Virus record (IMG/VR): IMGVR_UViG_3300045594_000200
DNA length: 39,313 bases
Source: a virus
Direction: 5' to 3' (one strand)
Shown: one piece after another, positions 23,770 to 33,953 of the stretch
Layout of the letters: every line of letters starts with the position of its first letter
How positions within the stretch are numbered: position 1 is the first letter of the stretch
Program-made: the position numbers and the translations under genes
The notes under the pieces: model-generated
Told to the model about the DNA's origin: nothing
The model's input: only the letters and a program-made list of their open reading frames with translations
Database searches by the model: none

Positions 23770-24693
23770 ATGGGAATGATTAGACACACAGAGGATGATT
23801 ACGGTGCTCAGTCAAGTGGAAGCGGACATGTTAATGTTCCAGTAGACGATGCGCCAACACCTTTAGAAGATCAACAGGCTTACGAACGGCAACAGGCAGA
23901 AGAAGCACAGGCGGCTGCCGATGCACGGGCGCAAGCAGAAGCAGAACAACAGGCACGGTATGCGGCACAGCAAGCTGCTCAACAGCAAGCTGAAGCGGAA
24001 GCCGAAGCAGAGCGACAGGCAGCAGAAGAAGCGGCTCGTCAGGAAGCACAGAGAAAAGCTGAAGCGGAAGCGGCGGCGTTAAGAGCGCAGATTCAAGCCA
24101 GAAAAGATGCAATCAATGCGGCGAATACTGCTATTGACCAATCAGCGAAAACACAGGTAGACAGATACAACAATTCAAAGACGGATATAAATAACGATTA
24201 TCAGAAATTGCTTAATCAGAACTCAGTACGGCAGTATAAGAGCAGGATCAATCAGAGAGAATCGTTAGCTAACCGTGGTAATTTAGATTCCGGTTTAGGG
24301 CGTATGGAGAATTTGCAACTGAATACTATCTATGGCAATAATGAGAATGACATTTTAAATAAGCGTCAGTCAGAGCTTGATAATGTTGCAAATGCAATCA
24401 ATAACGTTTTTTCTACTGCATCAAAGCAGAAGGCAGATAACCAGACAAATGGATTGAACGATTTTAATTCTGCACTTCAGAATGTAATTTCCTCAACCTA
24501 TTCCGGATATACTCCTGCAAGCTCAGACTATTACCAATCGGCTTTAGCCAGCTTGAACGATAATAATGAGCTTGGATCATACACTTCATCTGATTCAACT
24601 TCTAGTGAATCCGCATTAGCGGCGGCATTGAAGAAACAGCAGGATGAAAACGCATATACAAAATTGCTGAAGGCTTATTACAGCTCAAAATAA
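23770..24693 (+). CDS. Ala/Gln/Glu-rich coiled-coil protein (307 aa), probably a virion or ejection protein
   Basis: GGAGG RBS. Long AEAEAQQ-type low-complexity helix. It lies directly upstream of the giant gene. Confidence 0.55.
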   Translation: MGMIRHTEDDYGAQSSGSGHVNVPVDDAPTPLEDQQAYERQQAEEAQAAADARAQAEAEQQARYAAQQAAQQQAEAEAEAERQAAEEAARQEAQRKAEAEAAALRAQIQARKDAINAANTAIDQSAKTQVDRYNNSKTDINNDYQKLLNQNSVRQYKSRINQRESLANRGNLDSGLGRMENLQLNTIYGNNENDILNKRQSELDNVANAINNVFSTASKQKADNQTNGLNDFNSALQNVISSTYSGYTPASSDYYQSALASLNDNNELGSYTSSDSTSSESALAAALKKQQDENAYTKLLKAYYSSK

Positions 24694-24705
24694 GGAGGCT
24701 TTATT

Positions 24706-27700
24706 ATGAGTTTTTGGGATGATATTACAAATTGGTTTAGTGAGGTAGGAAAGAGAGCGCAAGAAAACGCCGACAAGGTGGATCAGGTAAGCTCAAATGT
24801 TGCTTCTTCTATCAGCCAGCCAACTGCTTATGTGCCAAAGACAGACACTTCAAGTCTGCCGCAGTCAATTACTAATGTAACGACTACTTCAACCGGCGAT
24901 CATCCCTATCAGAATGATTTGTATAGCGCAGAAGCACCTGCATATACGGCGCAGAGAGAAAAGGCAAAGAACGTTTATGACAGTACGCTAGATGCGATCC
25001 ATAACGCCGTAAATGCGGTTGGCAATACTGCCAGCAATATCGGAAATGATTTTGTACGCAATGCAAAGAAGAATGTTCAGGACACAGACAATGCTATATC
25101 TTCCTCTGTGAAGTATTCTGATACTCCTAACAATGCACCATATGTCACGACTACCACTACAGGCGATCATTCTACAGATGATACATATAAAGCGGTAGGA
25201 GCCGGTCTAAAGGCAATTTCACAGGGGAAGAATGTGTCTGAAGCAATGCAGAAGGAAACCGCTGAAACGCTTCCGGAAACATTGACAAGAGCGCAGGAAA
25301 AAATAAATAAAGCTAATCTCGAAAATGCACAGTACACTGAAACCGTAAATAACAATACGATCACAAAGGGAGCTTCTGATCTGTTAAGAAGCAATCTTGC
25401 CGGTGTGTCGAGCGCAGTAAACGGAACAGTTGCCGGTGTTGCAAACGCAGGACGTACTGTATCTCATGTTCTAGGAAATGATGAATTAGCTGATAAGTTC
25501 GGCGGTATTGCTTCAGATGCGGACGATACAGACGTTCAAACAGGGCTTAACCAGAATAACCAGTTCGCCGGTACAGTTGTAGGAGACCTTGCTTCCACGA
25601 TTGGTCAGATGTTGCCACAAACGATCTTAGGTGTTGCTACAGGCGGCACAGCGGCGGCAGGAAAGATTGGCCTTGGACTTATGGGTGCTTCTGTATACGG
25701 CAATGAATCAAATAAGGCGTTCAATCAGTTAGGAGCAGACGGTAATTTATCAAACGAAGATTATCTCAGAGCTAACCTGTATGCAGGTGCAAAAGCCGGT
25801 ACAGAGGTAGCAACAGAAAATATTGATAATGTTCTTCCTGGTATGAAAATGGGGCTTAATCAATTCTTGGAAGAAGGCCTTGAAGAAGGTGTAGGAGCAT
25901 TGGTTGATCCATTGACCGACCAGATTCTTGATGCCAAGAACCTAAAGGATGCCGCAACAAACGTAGCCAATTCCTATTCTTCAATGTCTTACTGGAAGGA
26001 CTTAGCAAAACAAGCCGGTCTTGGTACACTTTCCGCAGTAGTATCTTCTGCACCTCATTTATTAGATAAGAATTACCGTAATGCATTGATTGAAGAAACA
26101 GAAAATGCAGGTGCGGTATTATCACAGAAAATAGAATTAAAGACTATTCAGGCAACAATCTCTGCCAATAAAGCAGGGCTTGTCAGCAATGGTCAGAAAG
26201 CGGCCGCCGTAGATAATTTACGGCAGATTGCGTATGGTGAGAACGGATCACAAGGACTATTTACTTCATTGGATGATGAAGGTAATATTGCCAATCCATT
26301 AAAATCTGAAAATGGTGATATTAAAACACTTGCACAGCAGACGAACTATACGCTGATTCAGTCAGAGCTTGAAGGGAAACTTGGTTCTGATGCAGCAAAA
26401 ACTATTGCGAAGATTGCGAATAAGATGGAAACACCTATCATCTTTGACGATTCTCCGTTTACCCTTAATGATGGTACCGAAGTTGACGGATGCGTAAACA
26501 CTAATGGTGTTATATGCATCAATAAAAACGCCAGCGATCCAGTGTCATCAATTTTTGAGCATGAACTCGCCCACATGACAGAGAACTCTGAAAATCACGG
26601 AGACTATGTGGCACAGATTACGGAAATGTTCAAAAATGGAGAAATTAAAGACGAAAATAATTTGATTGGTAAGATTCAGTCAGATAATTCTCTCAGCGCA
26701 GATGCAAAGAAGAATGAGAGCGTTGCTATTCTTACACAGTCATTGCTCAATGATCAAGAATCTTTAAAGACGTTGGCCGGCAATTCTTCATCTGTAGCAA
26801 AGTATCTTATTGATTCCATGAAGAACTATGCGACAGGAAAAAGTAATACGTTGAATATCGCCATAAATACGCTCAGAAAATCATTGAATACAGCATCAGC
26901 ACCGAATGAAACAGAAGCATATACTAACCTAAGTAGACAGATGCTAGATGCAAGATTATACAGGATGGATAAAAATGTCGAACAAGTAAAAGTATCGAAA
27001 AATATTTTATCTAAATATGATGATTACCAGGATGCGCTTAAGTCAGGCGCTTCAAAGAAGGAAATAAAGTCAAAGCATGATGCTCTGTATGATGCAATCG
27101 GGAAAGCCGTATCAGGATCGGATAAGCCGATGGAAGAAACAAGCAAAGAAATTATGGACTTCTTGGCAAAACGATACGCAAAAGATAATGATGCAGAAGC
27201 AATCGTAGAACAGAAAAAGAAAAAGAGAACGGTTAAGAAGACAACGGAAGCGGTGCAGGAAACCACAGAAAATACTTCTGCCGATACCGTAAATAAACTG
27301 TCAGATTATCTTACACAGGCAGGAATCAAGAAATCTGCTGCATCAGAATATGCGCAGAATTTAGTTGAGCAGTACCCTATATTCCAGAATGATGTTCAGA
27401 GCAAGACTAAGAATCCAAAGAATACGTTCATGAAAGAAATGGCACAGGTGCGTGCTTTTGCGGAAAGAAAGAATCTTAACTTTTCTGATATTTCAAAGAA
27501 TGTATTCAGTATTATCAAGGATCAGCAGAATACAGATGTTGCACCAGCAAAGGTGGAAACGCAGCCGGAACCAGTAAAACAAACAGGCATATTTGATGAA
27601 CCTGCAAATGTGCAGGAAGTAAAAACGGAAGCAGTAAAGGCAGAAGTAAAGCCTATTACACCAGATGTAAAAGAGCCGGTGCAGGAAATCAAGACTGTAG

Positions 27701-30700
27701 AAGAAGAAAAACCTGTCATTGATGAAGCTCTTAAATCTGCTATTGATACAAAAGGAAATATCATTCAGCAGAACAACCGTACAGAGCAGGAGACTAACAG
27801 GGCTATTGCACAGAAGATCAGTGATGGTGCAAAAGCAGAAGTAAAGAAGTCTATTGAATATCAAGTGTTTAAGACAGCAGAAGAAGCAGTTACAAAAGAC
27901 GTTAAAGAAACTGTTTCTGATACTGCAAAAGAAGATATGGCTGCCGAAGTAAAGAACACAGTAAAGGCGGCCAAGAAGAAAGTGAAAAAGTCCGTTAAAT
28001 CTTCCATGGCAGATGATCTTACAAAGAATATCTCTGAAAGCATGAAGGAACATAATAATTCAAAGCTAACAGAGAACGATTCTAAGATTATTGATGATTC
28101 GGTTGATACCAACAGTAAAGTAATTGAAGATGAAGTGAACAAGCAGAGAGAAGCCGATACCAAGACAGAGAATCATAAGGTTGACCTTACGAATATCAAG
28201 TACGATCAGACAGACGGAAGATCAAAGCTGAATCATCAGTTCGCTACATTGAAGAATCTTGAAAAGTTGGATATTACACCAGAATTAAGGAAGAAATTAC
28301 AGGCAGATTTTGAATCAGGGCAGCCGAATACATATGCAAGTACACAGACAAACGAAATGAAGCTGCGTACTGCCGGTGAGAAGCTGAAAAAGAACGGTCT
28401 GAATTATTGGTATAACTATCTCACAAATAAGTGTGATGTTACGGATAAGGGAACCTATAGCCTTCATGATGTAAATGAAGGTGATCTTATTATGGCGCAG
28501 GAAGTAAATAAATCTGTAAGCAACAAGGTATCTGATTATGGAAATAGTCTTGTTACCTTAACGCAGGATGCTATCCGGAACGTTCAGAAAGACGGAAAAC
28601 TGGATAAAATTGATGCCGATAAGATTACTACAGTGAAGAAGGCAGAAGATTTCCTTGATAATCATACCGAAGTCACAAATGGAAATATTCAGGCTACTAG
28701 ATCAATGCTCAATGATAACCGTTATCTTCACCAGAATGTTACGCAGATGGTCCTTTCTATGCGGTCGTTTGCAGGATCCATGCTGCATGATGCACAGGTG
28801 TATAAGAATAATGCCTGGGAGAGCATGACCGGTGATGAAAAGGCCGATTATATGAGACAAACTCTTGATGATGTGAACGATTATATCGTCACCAAAACAA
28901 GAGAGGGAAAGAAATTTCTTCAAACGCATTCTGATTCTGATTATTTAGCTTCACTTCATACCGGCGCAGATAAAGATATTTATGAGAATCTTATATCTGC
29001 TATGGCAGATGCTACAGATGCACATGACAGTGAAACCTATGCAGAAAAGTATGAGGAATTTAAGAAGCTCGTACAGCATGATGCGCCTAGAAGTGCTACA
29101 GAAAAATTACGGTCATGGAGATATTTGAATATGCTGGTAGCACCAGTCACTCATGAGCGCAACATTCTTGGCAATGCTTTAATGTCGGCCATGAACGCTT
29201 CCAAAAATGCCAATCAGTTTTTGGTTGAATCAATGGTCAAGCATGGCGGCCTTGTTATGACACATAATATCAATCATCTAAAGGATGATACAGAATATAT
29301 GTCGTCAAAGGATCAGAAGAAATATCTTGATGCAATGGAGAAAGCGGGAATTACAGAAGAAGATATTACCGATCATCACGGATATTTTGATAACCGCAAT
29401 AATGCAATGTCTAAGGCGTTTGAAAAATATTTAAGTTCTCATACAGGCAAGGCAGATACATCAATAGCCAGAAAGAAATACTTCTCTGATCTTGGATATA
29501 CCGGCGAAGCGCTTGATTCTTTGGTAAGCAATAAATCAAGAAAGTTTGCAATCAATGATCGTAACATGGTGTATCTTAGAAACAGGACGCATACATCTTA
29601 TGAAAACGCATTGCTCAACGGCATTGCAGATGGCTCAGTATCGGGGAAATTTAAAAAGAATAATAACAGTAATGTATTGACCGGGTTTACCTATTCTAAT
29701 GAGAATGATTTTGCCAATAAAGTATTCAATGATGCAAGCAAACAGTTCATTGATGAATCTGCATTGCGTATGTCAAAGGCAAACAGAGCTCAGAAGAAAC
29801 AGGCGAAAGAATACATCCAATACCTTGAAGAAACTGGAAGTATGAAGATGGGCGAAAAGTATGGTGATGAAAACGTACAGGAGATTCTTCAGGGAAGAAC
29901 GCCTTTTGCAGGAGATAACATTGTTTCAAAGGCTATCAATTCTCTGTATAACTTCAACTCATACGGTTTTAAGTCTGCTAAGAATGTTCCGGTGGTTAAA
30001 TATCTCGGCCTTGAAAACGAAGATAAAGGCTTCTATGAGAGCAATGCCGCTACTGCACTTGCCATGGACTTGAATAACAAGGGATATTCTCTGGAAAAGA
30101 CAGAGGACGGTTCGTGGAGATTAAGCGGACTATCTAAAGAAAAGTCTGATTCTGTATTGAATGATCTTGTGGCAAACGCAAAACAGGTGGGTGAAGAATC
30201 TGTATACCGTGATTCAAATGCGTTTGTTACGCAGCTTAACAAAATGAGAAAGAACAGTAAAATTGCTAACCTTGTTTTGGAAGCATCAGTGCCATTTATT
30301 AAGACACCATCAAATATTATTCGCAGAGGTATTGAATATTCTCCTGTATCGTTTATATCAGCAAAGGCGTTAAAGAGCAAAGTCATTCATGGAGATATTT
30401 CAGGTGATGCCTATATTTCAAGAATTTCTAAGGGCATGTCTGGATCAGAGATTGCTATGGCCGGTCTTGGCTTGGCAATGGCAGGTGTTCTGAAAGGCAA
30501 AGATAGAGACGATGATTACAATGCGCAGAACTATAAGAGCTCAACTTTTGGCAACCAAGACTATGCTTTAAATATTGGCGGACATCAGATTGATCTGTCT
30601 TGGGGTGCTCCAGTTACTTCTGTATTATTGACCGGTGCAGCCGTGGCAGATGCCTTGAAGGATAAAGGAGATTTCTTCACCAATGGCGAATGGGCTAGTG

Positions 30701-32619
30701 TTGGCGCAGATGTACTTGATTCCTATTGGTCTGTAATTGAAGATACTTCTATGCTTTCCGGTCTTAAAAACACCTTAAAGACGTTTGCTGGTACTTCAAG
30801 CAAGAACGGAAAGGCATCAGATGTAGCCGTGTCATTGCTTGGAAACATTGTATCTCAGGCATTGCCTGTAGCCGGAAAACAGATTGGAAATATTATTGAT
30901 GACACTCAAAGAGTGACTTATTCCAGTGATTTGGTCGAAGAAATGAAGATCAAAGCACTTCAGACTTTGGCACAGTCTTATAAACTTCAGCCAAAACTTG
31001 ATTCCCATGGCAATGAGATCAAGAAAGATGACCTGGGAATGGGCGCTTTTGGCAGGGCAGTAAATACTCTTGCCAATCCTATTAAGGTAACAGAAGACAA
31101 TCACACTAGGCAAGACGAAGAAATACTTAAACTGTATAACACTACCAAAGATGATAGCTTGTTAGGCAGAACGATTGATACGCTAAATATCAATGGATCG
31201 GATGTTAGCTTAAAGGCCACAGATAAGACTACAACTGATGTGAATAAAGCGTATAAGAGCGTTCTGTATAATGAGCTTGGCAATTACCTTAGCTCTGATT
31301 CCTATAAGACTGCAGATGATGATACCAAAAACACTGTAGTCAGTGCGATCAAGTCATACGCAATGGCTCAGGCTAAGAAGGCATACTTCTCTGCAACCGG
31401 AATTACGCCAGATGATACTGTGCTTACCACACGTCAACAGGAAGCAGAAACACTATCAAAAGCCAACATCATGACACCGTACCAATACTTTACGTATGGC
31501 AGTATTCAGGGAATCAAAGATGTATATGGTTCTAAAGGCTTGCTGGTACGTGAAGCCATGGAAAATGGCGGCACATATGATGCATATGTTGATGCATACG
31601 CAAAAGGCAGGATCAGCCAAATGTCCCTGCTTAGTTCTACTGCCGCTAAAATGACGGAAGAAGATTTCCAGTATGAGTACAATAAGCTGGTAAGCGGTCA
31701 GACACAGGCAACCGAAGAAAAGTCAGAAGATGCTGCACGGCAGAGCTTCCTTGATAGTCTTCAGACAAACACGGACGCATTGAATACAGCTAACTCTGCC
31801 GGAATTTCAGGCGATCAATTGTATTCTGTCCTCGATACCGATTCTGATAAGGATGATAATGGCAAAGCAATCACCTATACACAGGATATCAAGGCAAGAC
31901 AAAAGGCCATTGATAATGGATCATGGGGAAATATCGTAACGGCCGTTCTGAATGGAACCGTAACAGAGGACCAGGCAATTTCTCTGCTTGGTATCAGCCA
32001 AAACGTATTTGAATTGAGTGAGGAGGCCTTTAATACCAACGTAAACGCCATGAATGACGGTACATTCTCTGGTAAATTGGCAGATAATACATCACGTTGG
32101 TATCATGTAGCAACGCAGAAATACTCAACTGCATTGGAACAGAGAAATAAACTGGTGCAGAATGGCAAGTGGGCGAAGCTCATGGAACAGGTAAATAATG
32201 GAACGCTTACCGAAAAACAGGCTATTTCATTGTCAGGAGTAAACAAGAAGGTATTTGAGCTTAGTGATGATGCATTCAACGTAAACTATTCTGCACTTCA
32301 GGAAGGAAGCTATAACGGAAGTCTTGCAGGAAGCACAGGATCCTCAAGTTCAAAATCTTCCAGTTCCTCGACCAGTTCGGCATCAAAGAAAAAGATTGCA
32401 GCAATCAACAAGGAAACGAAGTCAATCGAGGCCGCTGCCAAAAAGCAGCAGTCAGCGCAGAATGCATTATTCAGCAAATATGTTACATCTTCAAATTCAT
32501 CCAGTAAAAAGATCAAATCATCCGCAGCAGTCAGTGATAGCGATTTAGCACTTTATAATTCAATTATGAACACTCATAATAAGAATATAAATTCACTGAA
32601 ATCCAAGTATAAGATATAA
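24706..32619 (+). CDS. Giant multidomain protein (2637 aa) with an HExxH metallopeptidase-like motif. It is a candidate polyvalent virion or ejection protein.
   Basis: Uninterrupted 7.9-kb ORF with an AAGGAGG RBS. HELAH lies at 26560-26574 in an IFEHELAHM context. A Gly-rich hydrophobic segment, three C-terminal repeats of about 60 aa and a Ser-rich tail are present. Confidence 0.85.
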   Translation: MSFWDDITNWFSEVGKRAQENADKVDQVSSNVASSISQPTAYVPKTDTSSLPQSITNVTTTSTGDHPYQNDLYSAEAPAYTAQREKAKNVYDSTLDAIHNAVNAVGNTASNIGNDFVRNAKKNVQDTDNAISSSVKYSDTPNNAPYVTTTTTGDHSTDDTYKAVGAGLKAISQGKNVSEAMQKETAETLPETLTRAQEKINKANLENAQYTETVNNNTITKGASDLLRSNLAGVSSAVNGTVAGVANAGRTVSHVLGNDELADKFGGIASDADDTDVQTGLNQNNQFAGTVVGDLASTIGQMLPQTILGVATGGTAAAGKIGLGLMGASVYGNESNKAFNQLGADGNLSNEDYLRANLYAGAKAGTEVATENIDNVLPGMKMGLNQFLEEGLEEGVGALVDPLTDQILDAKNLKDAATNVANSYSSMSYWKDLAKQAGLGTLSAVVSSAPHLLDKNYRNALIEETENAGAVLSQKIELKTIQATISANKAGLVSNGQKAAAVDNLRQIAYGENGSQGLFTSLDDEGNIANPLKSENGDIKTLAQQTNYTLIQSELEGKLGSDAAKTIAKIANKMETPIIFDDSPFTLNDGTEVDGCVNTNGVICINKNASDPVSSIFEHELAHMTENSENHGDYVAQITEMFKNGEIKDENNLIGKIQSDNSLSADAKKNESVAILTQSLLNDQESLKTLAGNSSSVAKYLIDSMKNYATGKSNTLNIAINTLRKSLNTASAPNETEAYTNLSRQMLDARLYRMDKNVEQVKVSKNILSKYDDYQDALKSGASKKEIKSKHDALYDAIGKAVSGSDKPMEETSKEIMDFLAKRYAKDNDAEAIVEQKKKKRTVKKTTEAVQETTENTSADTVNKLSDYLTQAGIKKSAASEYAQNLVEQYPIFQNDVQSKTKNPKNTFMKEMAQVRAFAERKNLNFSDISKNVFSIIKDQQNTDVAPAKVETQPEPVKQTGIFDEPANVQEVKTEAVKAEVKPITPDVKEPVQEIKTVEEEKPVIDEALKSAIDTKGNIIQQNNRTEQETNRAIAQKISDGAKAEVKKSIEYQVFKTAEEAVTKDVKETVSDTAKEDMAAEVKNTVKAAKKKVKKSVKSSMADDLTKNISESMKEHNNSKLTENDSKIIDDSVDTNSKVIEDEVNKQREADTKTENHKVDLTNIKYDQTDGRSKLNHQFATLKNLEKLDITPELRKKLQADFESGQPNTYASTQTNEMKLRTAGEKLKKNGLNYWYNYLTNKCDVTDKGTYSLHDVNEGDLIMAQEVNKSVSNKVSDYGNSLVTLTQDAIRNVQKDGKLDKIDADKITTVKKAEDFLDNHTEVTNGNIQATRSMLNDNRYLHQNVTQMVLSMRSFAGSMLHDAQVYKNNAWESMTGDEKADYMRQTLDDVNDYIVTKTREGKKFLQTHSDSDYLASLHTGADKDIYENLISAMADATDAHDSETYAEKYEEFKKLVQHDAPRSATEKLRSWRYLNMLVAPVTHERNILGNALMSAMNASKNANQFLVESMVKHGGLVMTHNINHLKDDTEYMSSKDQKKYLDAMEKAGITEEDITDHHGYFDNRNNAMSKAFEKYLSSHTGKADTSIARKKYFSDLGYTGEALDSLVSNKSRKFAINDRNMVYLRNRTHTSYENALLNGIADGSVSGKFKKNNNSNVLTGFTYSNENDFANKVFNDASKQFIDESALRMSKANRAQKKQAKEYIQYLEETGSMKMGEKYGDENVQEILQGRTPFAGDNIVSKAINSLYNFNSYGFKSAKNVPVVKYLGLENEDKGFYESNAATALAMDLNNKGYSLEKTEDGSWRLSGLSKEKSDSVLNDLVANAKQVGEESVYRDSNAFVTQLNKMRKNSKIANLVLEASVPFIKTPSNIIRRGIEYSPVSFISAKALKSKVIHGDISGDAYISRISKGMSGSEIAMAGLGLAMAGVLKGKDRDDDYNAQNYKSSTFGNQDYALNIGGHQIDLSWGAPVTSVLLTGAAVADALKDKGDFFTNGEWASVGADVLDSYWSVIEDTSMLSGLKNTLKTFAGTSSKNGKASDVAVSLLGNIVSQALPVAGKQIGNIIDDTQRVTYSSDLVEEMKIKALQTLAQSYKLQPKLDSHGNEIKKDDLGMGAFGRAVNTLANPIKVTEDNHTRQDEEILKLYNTTKDDSLLGRTIDTLNINGSDVSLKATDKTTTDVNKAYKSVLYNELGNYLSSDSYKTADDDTKNTVVSAIKSYAMAQAKKAYFSATGITPDDTVLTTRQQEAETLSKANIMTPYQYFTYGSIQGIKDVYGSKGLLVREAMENGGTYDAYVDAYAKGRISQMSLLSSTAAKMTEEDFQYEYNKLVSGQTQATEEKSEDAARQSFLDSLQTNTDALNTANSAGISGDQLYSVLDTDSDKDDNGKAITYTQDIKARQKAIDNGSWGNIVTAVLNGTVTEDQAISLLGISQNVFELSEEAFNTNVNAMNDGTFSGKLADNTSRWYHVATQKYSTALEQRNKLVQNGKWAKLMEQVNNGTLTEKQAISLSGVNKKVFELSDDAFNVNYSALQEGSYNGSLAGSTGSSSSKSSSSSTSSASKKKIAAINKETKSIEAAAKKQQSAQNALFSKYVTSSNSSSKKIKSSAAVSDSDLALYNSIMNTHNKNINSLKSKYKI

Positions 32620-32624
32620 GAAGA

Positions 32625-32653
32625 CCGTACCTGTAAAAGGGTACGGCTTTTTT
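32625..32653 (+). terminator. Rho-independent terminator of the late operon
   Basis: CCGTACC-tgtaaaag-GGTACGG followed by C and TTTTTT. Confidence 0.8.
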
Positions 32654-32675
32654 ATTCAAAATTATTCTAGCGGCT

Positions 32676-32750
32676 AATGCTATATTGTGCTATGGAGTGC
32701 TGTTAAATGCCTGAATATATTGAAATATGCTATGTGATGCTATAAAATGC
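32676..32750. promoter_or_regulatory. attP-like array: (A/G)TGC(TAT) motifs phased every 10 bp next to the integrase gene
   Basis: TGC occurs at 32678, 32688, 32698, 32708, 32728, 32738 and 32748. Four of these copies read TGCTAT. Confidence 0.4.
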
Positions 32751-32825
32751 AGTAAGTCATTTTCATAATGGATTCTCCTTTTCTCTTTGTTATAGCCATA
32801 AAATACACTTTTTATTCAATTTTAT

Positions 32826-33953
32826 TCAATTCTTTAGTAAATTTACTGCATTCTTTTTCTTCTCGTTATCGCTCCTTGCGTATTTTATTGTCATTGACGG
32901 TTCTGCATGTCCCATAAGCTCCATGGTAGTACGAACGTCTACATTGTTTGTAATCATATTGGTAGAGAACCTATGGCGCAATGCGTAAAGGTGAAACGAT
33001 ATGCCTAATCTTGAAGATATGCGGTTTATCAGCCATGATACCGAATTGCTGCTTAGATATTTATTATTGATATCTGCAAATAGATTGTCTGTTTTAGCAT
33101 ATCCTAGAACGATCTGAAACACCTTTATTCCTTCATTATTAAGCGGTATGTCTCTTACAGATGATTCTGTTTTAGTGGCCACAACTGCACAATCAGAATA
33201 TTCGTTTGATCCGATACTGTGGCATATATGGATATAGCCTTCTTCTATATGCACGTCTTCTCTCGTCAGTGCATAGCATTCTGCCGGTCTTATTCCGGTC
33301 TCCCTGATTGTCATGATTGCATATGCTAAAATGTGATAATAGTATATTTGTTCTTCACCAATACCTTGTGTCAAAAAATAATTTATCATTTTATCAATAT
33401 CTACATCTTTTACCTTTTGACTGCGAGGTTCTGTAACGTGTTTGCTCTTAGCTGGTACAATTACCCGATCCATTGGATTTATGGTAATGAGGTTTAGCAT
33501 TATAGCGGTCTTACATATTTTCTTCCAGACAATAGCAATACGTTTTATCATATTTAGCGAAACATCATATACCAAGCTGTTAAGAAAGCTCTGAATATCC
33601 AACGGGCGTATATCATCTATGTTCTTGTTTCCATATGTGGCTTTGATACGGCAAAAATCAGAACGCAATGTTTTTCTGTTCCCTTGTGATTCATGGTAAA
33701 GATCAAGTCCTTCGTTGAATACCTGTTCTACCGTTCTGTGTACGCCGCTTGGAAGACCGTTAAGAAGCAATTCTGCTCTCTTTATATCCCTGTGATTGCA
33801 CGCTTCAATCATGCACTGATTGAATGATGTATATTCGGCAGGATTGAATGTCTTGGAGTACACCTTCCTTATGCCATCTGAATCATAATAGAACTTGACG
33901 GTAATATATTTGTTACCATTATGTTGCTGAATTGTAATATATTTTTCTTTCAT
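32826..33953 (-). CDS. int: Tyrosine-recombinase integrase (375 aa)
   Basis: ETGIRPAE (box I Arg), HLYALRHRFST (HxxR) and LMGHAEPSMTIKYAR (His and catalytic Tyr). Confidence 0.9.
   Translation of the reverse strand: MKEKYITIQQHNGNKYITVKFYYDSDGIRKVYSKTFNPAEYTSFNQCMIEACNHRDIKRAELLLNGLPSGVHRTVEQVFNEGLDLYHESQGNRKTLRSDFCRIKATYGNKNIDDIRPLDIQSFLNSLVYDVSLNMIKRIAIVWKKICKTAIMLNLITINPMDRVIVPAKSKHVTEPRSQKVKDVDIDKMINYFLTQGIGEEQIYYYHILAYAIMTIRETGIRPAECYALTREDVHIEEGYIHICHSIGSNEYSDCAVVATKTESSVRDIPLNNEGIKVFQIVLGYAKTDNLFADINNKYLSSNSVSWLINRISSRLGISFHLYALRHRFSTNMITNNVDVRTTMELMGHAEPSMTIKYARSDNEKKKNAVNLLKN

Noticed and set aside
27493-28053. 186-aa antisense ORF inside the giant gene (also 27861..28163, 30033..30386 and others)
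   Set aside because: They lie antisense to a Lys/Glu/Val-rich coding stretch and give Phe/Leu/Cys-rich products with no translation signals.
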